Shown piece after piece: positions 18,401-26,422 of a stretch of 64,000 nt of DNA. The first letter of the stretch is position 1, and each line of letters begins with the position of its first letter. The notes beneath the pieces were generated by a model, which saw only the letters and a program-made list of their open reading frames with translations, did not search any database and was not told where the DNA came from. Origin of the DNA: a virus (taxonomy: Duplodnaviria; Heunggongvirae; Uroviricota; Caudoviricetes); IMG/VR virus record IMGVR_UViG_3300026302_000005, positions 1-64,000 of that record. One strand, given 5' to 3'. A program made the position numbers and the translations under genes.

Positions 18401-18977
18401 GTCCAGTGATTACATGCATAGCATTGCCCGAACTGGTATTCGTCCGGGAGTTCGTTCCAATTGGTCATCGGCTGGTATCCAGCACAAACAGATCATCTTT
18501 GGGGCTGTTGCGGTGGATGGGGCTGTATATCATGCCAACCGGACAGCGGGGACTGACAACCCGGGTGAATATGGTGCTGATGATGTAGGGGAGTCGTTCC
18601 CGGTCATCCTTGAATTCACCGTTCCCGATCCGAATCAGGTTGTTCCCGACTATGATGTTGCGGCCTCACTGATTGGTGATGAACACCCAGTATCGGATCG
18701 ACTTGGGTATACCAACCAGGGTGGTGGAAACTTTGGTCGATCTTTGAATACGATGGTTGCTGATCAGAACCCCGAAGGTCGTGCCTGGAAGAGCACCGGC
18801 ATCTTCGGGTATACTGGACGAATTCCCCCCAAATACATCACCCGGGTATTCACGAGTTGGGAACCTGGTCAATCGATGGATGATCCGGAGTGGTCGGGAT
18901 CGCTCCAGGAATTCTTCCGGGAGTGGACTGCTAGATACGAGGGTGACCCGGAGGAACAAGAAGATGAAAATTACTGA
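15495..18977 (+). CDS. Tandem ADP-ribosyltransferase-fold (ART-PolyVal-like) polyprotein
   Basis: Three HGT...F/YFT...VYLSIK.P...G.DG.I...QIKS repeats, two divergent copies and a C-terminal LYHGTSS domain. Confidence 0.85.
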   Translation: MRLFDLFEASTTDTPEFRRWFAGSKAVDRAGNPLKLYHGTNADFDQFSTDKIGSRWHADTWGFFFTPSSHEASDYSSNYGPKDGGTNVIPVYLSIKKPLNWAALLWYYGGDGSNTEAEIADYARRELSGRGMVDYFETSHKQAEWMEFIKDGGFDGIILQDPDNRNNGIYIALNPNQIKSVFNRGEWKQDDPRLSESATDSPAFRNWFKNSKIVDRSGQPLAVHHGTAIPKTAFRASRADNMHGIYFTPDLTAAHDHANMDAEVDGDDPLVYSVFLSIQNPLIVRSGVVDDPRVKLNNLGQPTQGVGQMDYQQLTTEMLNLLIQDGYDGIVITNGPVEDASEIVAFYPNQIKSVSNQGNWNSDSHHMNEDFDRGASDKAFQRWFSGSKIVDHTGKPLKVFHGTNREFDRFIRTGPFGAARARTAGGQMLGKLPLAFFTADPDVASEFAGEKPNATFPPKVLPVYLSIKKPWVLDAKGEPWNHTHDQLIAAYQSGEYDGAIIRNSADSMRHPMTIHDVYVSFSPSQIKSVFNKGTWNSKAHGISEASDANKQGIPDSIKPTLGIKVGKNARFFRGESESSGSNGATYGAGLYTTTNRSYAAKFGKVRELSRWEALPDNPLRFRTIQDWELWLQRYDQYHGILGARDRGQKHNDIGDYIRIVFPDVDGVQIGLGNDMLFVAWPTNESITEGDRDEVHQFLKNSVIKNPDGSPKMMFHWGPKGITKFRGMPTSSFLIYWNADSFSARVAARNEEHEYRAYIRCEKPYGTPQQPLHWGEAEEKADRIKKAGYDGIWVKDEGDVSLAVYDSDQIWLINPVQEAILNELRIVKDNGAGNDKQIVVAFRGWVWLLPWYANTADESVLTDMAYRLGLDLDDWDGDVGYMMDSFDEIIENRPDIIYGVIRNNDLHLMNRPGASAISPMTSPMIAKMVKQLDLDGASYGYFNMDGDDNTNTVGADELRGALPERLYHGTSSDYMHSIARTGIRPGVRSNWSSAGIQHKQIIFGAVAVDGAVYHANRTAGTDNPGEYGADDVGESFPVILEFTVPDPNQVVPDYDVAASLIGDEHPVSDRLGYTNQGGGNFGRSLNTMVADQNPEGRAWKSTGIFGYTGRIPPKYITRVFTSWEPGQSMDDPEWSGSLQEFFREWTARYEGDPEEQEDENY

Positions 18978-19725
18978 TCTAAACACCCCCCAGCTAGTCG
19001 AACGAGTTGTCCAACACGGCCCCGGACTTCTGTTGTATGCAGCAGTCGTAGCAGAAGCCTATGAGGCAGCACCACGCTTTGAAGAGCGAGCAGTTCCCGG
19101 TTACGTCGCCTTGGCGAAATCCAACGATGTGCTACTGAAACGCCTCCAATCAGACGTCAAGGTCAACTACACAAGCGATGATCCATACAAACGACATCGC
19201 GATATGGTGCAGGATGTGGTGAAGAACAAAAACCTGACGATCTGGGATGGATCAGATGAACCGCATCCATACATGACGAACGATCAGAACGTCATCCTGC
19301 GAACTGTGCATGACTATTACGCTCACACTGGACCGAACCGCAAAGCAGCAACGGCTAACCCCGGGAAGGCCCTGGAGCGGAATGACTTCACCTATCGGGG
19401 TGAACTCAATGCCTATCTCACACACGTCCGTATTGCTCCTAAACCGGCTATCCCGATTCTGTTCACGGAAGTTGCAGCACAGATCAGCTATCATCTGATC
19501 ACCGGATCGTATGCTCAGCAGAAAGCGATGATCCTGGACGGGTTCGACTACATCCATTTGGGCAAGTTTACCAGTCCGGATCGACAAAAGCGTTTCGATG
19601 AACTATCTCAGGAATATGATGAGACAGGACAAATTACCGTGGCCGCTAAGGGTGGGATCACCATGATGCATTCCGCGATGAACTGGAAGCAGGTATCTCG
19701 GGGAACCAGGGCCACAATGAAATGA
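18964..19725 (+). CDS. Hypothetical protein with an HD..H putative metal-binding motif
   Basis: Start MKITDL overlaps the previous stop; LRTVHDYYAH...GELNAY..H. Confidence 0.7.
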   Translation: MKITDLNTPQLVERVVQHGPGLLLYAAVVAEAYEAAPRFEERAVPGYVALAKSNDVLLKRLQSDVKVNYTSDDPYKRHRDMVQDVVKNKNLTIWDGSDEPHPYMTNDQNVILRTVHDYYAHTGPNRKAATANPGKALERNDFTYRGELNAYLTHVRIAPKPAIPILFTEVAAQISYHLITGSYAQQKAMILDGFDYIHLGKFTSPDRQKRFDELSQEYDETGQITVAAKGGITMMHSAMNWKQVSRGTRATMK

Positions 19726-22700
19726 AACTGCAATATCTGACAGAAGCCCTGGAGTTTGCAGGGGCCGCATACAAGGACCTAGAGACGGGGGAAATCCTGG
19801 GACCGGATGGGACTCATGCCGCAGTCATATGGAGTGCATCTGGGGAAGACCCAGACCGCGAGGAAGAACTGTTCAATCGGTATGCTGATGGAAAGCTGGT
19901 TGCTGGGTTCCTGACTACCGATCATCGCTTCCTGACCCGCAAAGAAGCCGCACGTCTTGTCGGGATGAAGGGAAATCTCGACTCTGATGATTCGGAGTTC
20001 CAGAACAACGTTGATAGTTCCATGTGGGAATCGGTAGAACGTATCCTGGGTGCCGCATTCATGCATGTTCCCAGCGGATACATCACTCCCCCAGATATCA
20101 CCCATTCTCATGCGATGTTCGATCCCGGTCTCAAGACTGCGGCTAAGAAGGTTCGAATGAACGCCGATACGTTCGTTGCAAGATACGTGATGGATCGATC
20201 CAGTGAACGGCGGGAAGATGACCCGGAATTCCTGATCGGGTTCGTTTCCGATCAGGGGCGCTTCTACACACGGGATGAAGCTACTGCCATTGCCAAGCAA
20301 AATCCGAAGCAACCCAAATTCAACGACCGTAACGGATCGGATCGTTTGGACAGCACTGATCTGCACTGGCAGAATGAAAGTGCCGGATCGCGCAAAATGG
20401 CTGGTGCCGCCATGATCGATCACGAGACTGGCAAAATCTATGGTCCCGGTGACAATCACTACGATGTGATGACCAGCAATGCAGTCAAAGCCGACTTCGA
20501 TCCGGAAGGTAAGCGACTGGGAGACTACTTCGACGAGTTGATGTGGGATCACATCGAGAAGGGTCGCGTAGAGGATGGGTTTGTTGATGATGCCGGTAAG
20601 TGGTATACCCGCACGGATGCGGCCAAAGCAGTTCGTTTTGATGAACCCGACAGGAAAACGAATGGGCCACCCCGGGATTGGTTAGATGCCTGGGATTTGA
20701 AAACCGGATTCGATACGATTCATGAAGAAGCAGCACTCGGATATTCCGGTTATGCGATCAACCACGAGAGCCAACAGCTACTCCTGTCTCGCATTGCACC
20801 GGCGTTCGAACATACATCTGCCCATCACATCACACACCTCTATGGGGTGCCCGAAGAGATGCCACCGCATGCCACTACGGCCACGGTTATAGCGGTTGCT
20901 CAGAATGACCGGGCTCAAGCGGCCATCGTCGAAATCAACGGATCGACTGAGCGCCCTAATGGTCAGACCTATCACATAACGATCAGCTACGACAAGGCTG
21001 GTGGTGCCAGTGCAAAGGATTCCAATCAGGCTATTCAGACATCCGATTGGACGCCAGTTCCGAGGTTCACATTGCCACTGGTTCCGTTTTGGAAACCGGG
21101 GGCGGTAGCCGTAAGGGAACGGGCCGGGGTGCCCCAGGCTACCAGCAAGACGCTGTATCATGGCACCACTGTGGAGATCGCCAGGAAGGCCATGCAACAC
21201 GGCCTGTATCCTTCCGTTGGGGACTTTGTTCGGGAGTTCTATGGCAGCGACGTGGATAACCTGGTGTTCGCCACCGACAAGTCGGAGATCACCAAGGCTA
21301 CGTCCGCGATGAACTATCATGTAGCACGACAACTCGGCGTCAGTCGGCATCGCCTGACCAGTAAGCAGTTATACCAGAATGGTGCGATCCTGGTCATTCG
21401 ATCCGGGATGGATACGAACGATCATCTGTATCATCGTGCAACGGATGATCATCTTGACTATGATGATCACCCCGAGCAGGTTGAGCCCGGTGACTATTAC
21501 GGATACGAGCAGATCGATCCCGACTACATGTTGACCGGCGTCAAACTCAAGCGGTTCCTGACCCGTCTAGGGCTGGCACAGGATAAGCCAAACATCATGC
21601 ACCCTGATCAGCAACAGAACGTGTTCATCAAACGTGGCCAGGTTCAGAAGCCGGTGCGGGAAGACACGGAATCCGATCTGGTCAATGCCAAGTTTCTGAT
21701 CCAACTCGTCAATGCGTTTCAAGAACAGATTCGGAAGCATCTCCAGAATCCAATCTACAACAGCGACAACATGTTCGTCAAGTTGAATGGACAACGACTG
21801 GTCAAGTTTCGTGGTGCTCAATTTGGATGGCCTGGTGAGTTCAAGAGTTTGTGGATTTTACTTCGTGATGAAAACTCGGACCCACAGGCCGCATTCCACT
21901 CCTATGTTCATCCAGACAAGCACAAAGAACGCATGATCACATTTGCGGTTTTGCCACCGGAAGAAGAGGGCACGTATGACTCAGAGCGGATGGATGTCGC
22001 TCTGTCCAGAATGGTATCATCCGAGTGGGGTGGCATCATGCTGCATGAACTCCAACACGCCGTCCAAGACATCAGGGATATCCCGATGAACGGCAAAGGT
22101 TCGTATACGAGTGGCACTCCCAACACCCACGACTACTACAACAGCCCGGTCGAGTTTGATGCCTATTACCAGCAGTTGGCCCGTGGATACCATGCACTTC
22201 TGGCGATCCTGAGGGACAATCCCAAGCACGGGGTAATGCAAGCAGAACGCATTGGATTCGACCGCGACTTCAAGATTTCACTGGACAAAATGCTTCCAAA
22301 AGAGTATGATGCCCCCGAATGGGGTATGTGGTATTACGCTAGACAGAAACAGAATCGTCGCCTGACGAAACGCCTTTACGGGCTACACCAGGCCATTGTA
22401 AAGGAACTAGACAACATGCGTCTACATGAAGACGACGACCAGCACCAACAGGCTCTGGACAATACCGGATTCTGGGGGTCTGCGGGGGCAGGCTGCATCA
22501 TCATGGCCGCTGACACCAAGCGGATACTCCTCCCGAAGCGTTCAGAGTGGGTTCAGGAGCCCGGGACCTGGGGAACCTGGGGTGGTGCCATTGATTCTGG
22601 CGAAGACCCCCAGGAAGCCGCCCTACGCGAGGTGGAAGAGGAAGCTGGATACTCCGGTGGGGTTCAGAAGATGATCCACCTGTTTCGGTTCCAGTCCGGT

Positions 22701-22886
22701 AAGTTCCGATACGATACCTTCCTGGCCATCGTCTCCACCGAATTCACCCCCAATCTGAACTGGGAAACCGAACAGGCCGATTGGTTCGAATTGGGAGACT
22801 TCCCACAACCATTGCATTTCGGACTGGCCGCAGTATTGAAAGATGGGTCTGCCATGAATAAATTAGGAACAGCAGCCAGTAGATAA
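19722..22886 (+). CDS. Polyprotein: 3x unknown domain, 2H phosphoesterase, ART-like, HExxH peptidase, Nudix hydrolase
   Basis: GF....RF.TR.EA x3; two HIT motifs; LYHGTT; HELQH; GGAIDSGEDPQEAALREVEEEAG Nudix box. Confidence 0.85.
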   Translation: MKLQYLTEALEFAGAAYKDLETGEILGPDGTHAAVIWSASGEDPDREEELFNRYADGKLVAGFLTTDHRFLTRKEAARLVGMKGNLDSDDSEFQNNVDSSMWESVERILGAAFMHVPSGYITPPDITHSHAMFDPGLKTAAKKVRMNADTFVARYVMDRSSERREDDPEFLIGFVSDQGRFYTRDEATAIAKQNPKQPKFNDRNGSDRLDSTDLHWQNESAGSRKMAGAAMIDHETGKIYGPGDNHYDVMTSNAVKADFDPEGKRLGDYFDELMWDHIEKGRVEDGFVDDAGKWYTRTDAAKAVRFDEPDRKTNGPPRDWLDAWDLKTGFDTIHEEAALGYSGYAINHESQQLLLSRIAPAFEHTSAHHITHLYGVPEEMPPHATTATVIAVAQNDRAQAAIVEINGSTERPNGQTYHITISYDKAGGASAKDSNQAIQTSDWTPVPRFTLPLVPFWKPGAVAVRERAGVPQATSKTLYHGTTVEIARKAMQHGLYPSVGDFVREFYGSDVDNLVFATDKSEITKATSAMNYHVARQLGVSRHRLTSKQLYQNGAILVIRSGMDTNDHLYHRATDDHLDYDDHPEQVEPGDYYGYEQIDPDYMLTGVKLKRFLTRLGLAQDKPNIMHPDQQQNVFIKRGQVQKPVREDTESDLVNAKFLIQLVNAFQEQIRKHLQNPIYNSDNMFVKLNGQRLVKFRGAQFGWPGEFKSLWILLRDENSDPQAAFHSYVHPDKHKERMITFAVLPPEEEGTYDSERMDVALSRMVSSEWGGIMLHELQHAVQDIRDIPMNGKGSYTSGTPNTHDYYNSPVEFDAYYQQLARGYHALLAILRDNPKHGVMQAERIGFDRDFKISLDKMLPKEYDAPEWGMWYYARQKQNRRLTKRLYGLHQAIVKELDNMRLHEDDDQHQQALDNTGFWGSAGAGCIIMAADTKRILLPKRSEWVQEPGTWGTWGGAIDSGEDPQEAALREVEEEAGYSGGVQKMIHLFRFQSGKFRYDTFLAIVSTEFTPNLNWETEQADWFELGDFPQPLHFGLAAVLKDGSAMNKLGTAASR

Positions 22887-22916
22887 CACGGCGGCAGATG
22901 CTCTTCACTCACGGGG

Positions 22917-22922
22917 TAAATA
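22917..22922 (+). promoter_or_regulatory. Late-type promoter TAAATA
   Basis: TAAATAC about 20 nt upstream of ATG 22942. Confidence 0.55.
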
Positions 22923-22941
22923 CCAGCGGGGGAAAGCGATC

Positions 22942-23466
22942 ATGCTGAACATGTTTGAAAAATTGAAAACACTGGGGGGCCTATTGGGTAGTGTAATGAC
23001 GTCTGCCGATGCAACTGCCAAAATCCACAGTCAGACCGTTTCGGTCTACATGAGTTATTTCACGTTCCTGGTGCGAGTTGCGCTTCTCGGGACAGCCATG
23101 TATATCTTCATGTTCTGGCCCGTTGATACCTACGATGGTGCTGGGTTTGATACTTGGTCTGCACGTATGGAGGCACTCCCGGAGGAAGTCTGGTATTTCC
23201 TGTTCACTATGATTCTTGGATGGGGAACCACCGAGATCGTATCAACCCGAGCCAGGTCGGCAGTTCGCATGAAAGCGTTGGATGCGATTGCAGCCGAGAC
23301 AACTGCTGCTGCCCCGGCTGAGCCAACAGCACCGGTCGAAGATTTCATGCAGCAGTCTATGGATGATCCTGGTATGGCGGGACGGGTCGAACCCGACGAG
23401 GAGTTCTTTATGGAACCTCCGACCAACAACCCATCAATTGCCAAGTGGAGAGCGGATGCGCCTTAA
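22942..23466 (+). CDS. Membrane protein, possibly holin
   Basis: Two hydrophobic segments, LPEEVWY...ILGWG pattern, late promoter. Confidence 0.55.
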   Translation: MLNMFEKLKTLGGLLGSVMTSADATAKIHSQTVSVYMSYFTFLVRVALLGTAMYIFMFWPVDTYDGAGFDTWSARMEALPEEVWYFLFTMILGWGTTEIVSTRARSAVRMKALDAIAAETTAAAPAEPTAPVEDFMQQSMDDPGMAGRVEPDEEFFMEPPTNNPSIAKWRADAP

Positions 23467-24088
23467 CTTCGTTCAACCCGTCCAGGGTCTCTGGGAAACA
23501 CGGACAGCACCGAACCAGCACCGGCACCTGGATGGAGACGCATGCGCCCTATGTGAGGCCACAGGCGTCCACCAGGTCGTCAGTATGGAAGACGTGCGGG
23601 CTCTGAACGAGGCCACCTACAAAGAGCTTGCCGGTATGATCGATGGCAACTTCCTGAGCCAAAAGGTCCGGGCGGATGCTCTGGACGGAATCAAGCTCAT
23701 GGGGTTCGAGGACAACATCATGCGGTTCCGGATCAACTCATCTGAGTTCGCACAAAACCGCATCCAGTATCAATGCTCGGTGCAGTTCGACGATTGGGAT
23801 CAGGTCGGGCATGATCGCGATCTGAATTACAACGAGAAGGCCCGGTTGTTGCTGTGGGTCGGAAACATCCGACTGCACTGCACCGATCCCAGCTACCTGT
23901 ATTGGGGCTACAACTACCTTCTTACGGTGCTGGATGCTGCGATCTATCCAGAAGAACGAAAGCCGGTGATACGCAACCCAGGTGAACGCGGGATCGTCTG
24001 CAAACACCTGAATCGGATTCTACGGGTCCTACCGTTCTACTCCGGCGATATAGCCAAGGCTTTGAAAACCCAATTCGGGTCTCAGTAG
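23456..24088 (+). CDS. SWIM-like zinc-binding phage protein
   Basis: GGAG RBS; LHCTDPSYLYWG...GIVCKHL. Confidence 0.7.
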   Translation: MRLNFVQPVQGLWETRTAPNQHRHLDGDACALCEATGVHQVVSMEDVRALNEATYKELAGMIDGNFLSQKVRADALDGIKLMGFEDNIMRFRINSSEFAQNRIQYQCSVQFDDWDQVGHDRDLNYNEKARLLLWVGNIRLHCTDPSYLYWGYNYLLTVLDAAIYPEERKPVIRNPGERGIVCKHLNRILRVLPFYSGDIAKALKTQFGSQ

Positions 24089-24089
24089 T

Positions 24090-25046
24090 CTACCAGGACG
24101 CAGCCCAAATTAGCAGATCGTCCTGCCTGGGGAATGCCGGATGCTCGTGCAATGGCCCGTCACGGACGATCAGTCCATTCCGCTTGATCACGTCGGCCAT
24201 CTTGGCAGGATCGAGCTTTTTACCGCCAATTACCCATTCGTGATAATGGGGTTTGTCCGACAGATGAACGATGGTCGTGTCCCCAATGATCCTGGTCGTC
24301 ACCCCATCTAGTCTCACGAGCGCAGGGCCATCAATCCGGCTCAGATATACGTGAGAGGGATCACCCGTGATCAGGGAACTGGACTTCTGTTTATCGTCGT
24401 GCCATACGTGGGTTTGGCTACGGCAATACCGAACCATTACCGGAGTTTTGTCATCCTGAATGTATCCCCGTTCGAAAACGTGCGACTCCCCGATCTGACT
24501 ACACCGACGGAATTCGTTCTGCTTCCCATACTGCCTGGGTAGGAATATCCCGTCTGCATCCACCCAACTGGTTATTCGGTTCAGGTAGTGACTCACTACA
24601 TGGTTTGGCTCAAAGATGCCATCCGGAACCACCCCTGGTTCATTACCGATCTGATACATGGACCCCGTGTTGGTGGTAATCCGAGAGGGGTGATCGGCCT
24701 TCCCGTCATCCTTCCATCTGGTTTTGTAATCTCCGGTGCGTGGATTCATTTCAAGAGATATGACACCGGAAGTCGGATCAAATCCGTTCCACTCGGTCGA
24801 TACAACAGATCGACCGTCTTCCATGGTCTTGAACAGTGCTGGTTCATACGGAGATGAAAACTCTCCCCCGGTCGTCCATGACACTCTACCGGATACAGAC
24901 GACCACCTGATGGGGAGTTTCGTCTTCCTGGATACCTGCTTCATATGTTCGTCCAGATCACACCCTCGATACAGCATATGGATATGCCAGAACCGACCGA
25001 GATGCCAAACCTGGCAATGCTTGATGAACTCCGCAAATAACATCAC
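24090..25046 (-). CDS. Hypothetical protein
   Basis: 318-aa ORF coupled to the vWA gene; R.DGPA motif. Confidence 0.65.
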   Translation of the reverse strand: MMLFAEFIKHCQVWHLGRFWHIHMLYRGCDLDEHMKQVSRKTKLPIRWSSVSGRVSWTTGGEFSSPYEPALFKTMEDGRSVVSTEWNGFDPTSGVISLEMNPRTGDYKTRWKDDGKADHPSRITTNTGSMYQIGNEPGVVPDGIFEPNHVVSHYLNRITSWVDADGIFLPRQYGKQNEFRRCSQIGESHVFERGYIQDDKTPVMVRYCRSQTHVWHDDKQKSSSLITGDPSHVYLSRIDGPALVRLDGVTTRIIGDTTIVHLSDKPHYHEWVIGGKKLDPAKMADVIKRNGLIVRDGPLHEHPAFPRQDDLLIWAASW

Positions 25047-26422
25047 ATGGACTCAAACGGAACAGTGCGCCCGAATGGGGCCTTCCATCCCGGGTTGTCA
25101 GTGGTAACGAACAGCGTGGGAATGCCCCGCTCACTGTGCCACGACGTGTCGGTGGCATAGCCGTCCGTAAACACGATCAATCCCTTTGTGGTGATCTTCT
25201 TGAACCGAATGAAATCCCAGATGGACTGGAAGTTTGTTCCACCGCCACCGGCCACCTTCTGGACATAATCCAGCAGTTGTTCCTTGGCCGATCTCCCGTC
25301 ATCCTTGATGATCGAGTAGGTCCGATCATCAACGTCGCCCTCGAAGCAGAACACATGGACCTCATACTGCTTGAACGCCTTGACGATTCCCATAAGCTCA
25401 GACATGAACTTTTTCAGAATCACATCACCAATCGATCCCGAGGTATCGATGGCCACGGTCAGAACCAGCTTGTAGCGGGTGCGGCGGAAGGCAGGCATGA
25501 TAGCCCATCCACCAAAGGTCTTCTTGTCCGGAGTCTCATACGAATAGCCGGATTTGCGGATGCTGACGACAAACTTGCGGAGGGCCGCAGACCAGTGAAT
25601 CTTCGGAGCATCCAGCCCCTTGATCAGTCGCAGCAAGTGGGCAGGGATAGTTCCGGCATCAGTGCCACCCTGTATGGCCTGTGCAACTGCCCGCTGGGCC
25701 GTCTGTTCCCACCGTAGGGCCTCATCGTCCAGGTGTTGCTGGGTCACCTTCACCGTGATGCAACGACCGCCCCCAGAGCCATCTGTAGGATCACCAGCAC
25801 CGTCACCATTACCGTCTTCGGCATTGCCAGCTTCATCACCACCTTCACCTTCGGCTTCGCCCTTGTCATCCGCCTCGAAATCGATATGGACGTCCATGGT
25901 CTCGACGTCGGGCTGAGGGTCTTCCTTCTCCAACAGCAGGTATACCTCTTCCGATCCCATACCGGCAAACTTCTTGTCGAAGAGAATCGGAATCGTGGTG
26001 ATGAACTCACCCACACCCGATGCTTTGAGATCAGCGTTGATGACGTAATCGCAGGCCCGGTTCCAACGACGCGGGTCCCAATCTTCACGCCGACGGTTGA
26101 TCTTGTTGACCCCACCGGTATGACCGAAGATGCAGTGGTAGATTTCATGGGCCACCCCAAACTCGACCTCCCCCAACCGAAGGGAGTTGACGAAGCTCGC
26201 CGAGTAGAAGATGTGGTAGCCATCGGTAGCCATCGTTGGGATCGCCGAGTGTGGTGCTTCCACCAGAACCAGATCGAGCCCCATGAACCCCCAGAACGGG
26301 TGGTTGATCAGTAGTCGCGATTTTGCCGAACACATCGTCTGATAGGCTGTCTTGTCCGCGAATTGATCCCGGAACCAGATACGACGGCCTGTGATTTGTG
26401 AGCGGTGAGTGAATTCGGTCAT
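25043..26422 (-). CDS. DUF2201-type metallopeptidase + vWA domain protein
   Basis: TMATDG, AHEIYH, WN.A.D..IN, AIDTSGS (MIDAS), GGGTNF, FTDG. Confidence 0.9.
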   Translation of the reverse strand: MTEFTHRSQITGRRIWFRDQFADKTAYQTMCSAKSRLLINHPFWGFMGLDLVLVEAPHSAIPTMATDGYHIFYSASFVNSLRLGEVEFGVAHEIYHCIFGHTGGVNKINRRREDWDPRRWNRACDYVINADLKASGVGEFITTIPILFDKKFAGMGSEEVYLLLEKEDPQPDVETMDVHIDFEADDKGEAEGEGGDEAGNAEDGNGDGAGDPTDGSGGGRCITVKVTQQHLDDEALRWEQTAQRAVAQAIQGGTDAGTIPAHLLRLIKGLDAPKIHWSAALRKFVVSIRKSGYSYETPDKKTFGGWAIMPAFRRTRYKLVLTVAIDTSGSIGDVILKKFMSELMGIVKAFKQYEVHVFCFEGDVDDRTYSIIKDDGRSAKEQLLDYVQKVAGGGGTNFQSIWDFIRFKKITTKGLIVFTDGYATDTSWHSERGIPTLFVTTDNPGWKAPFGRTVPFESM

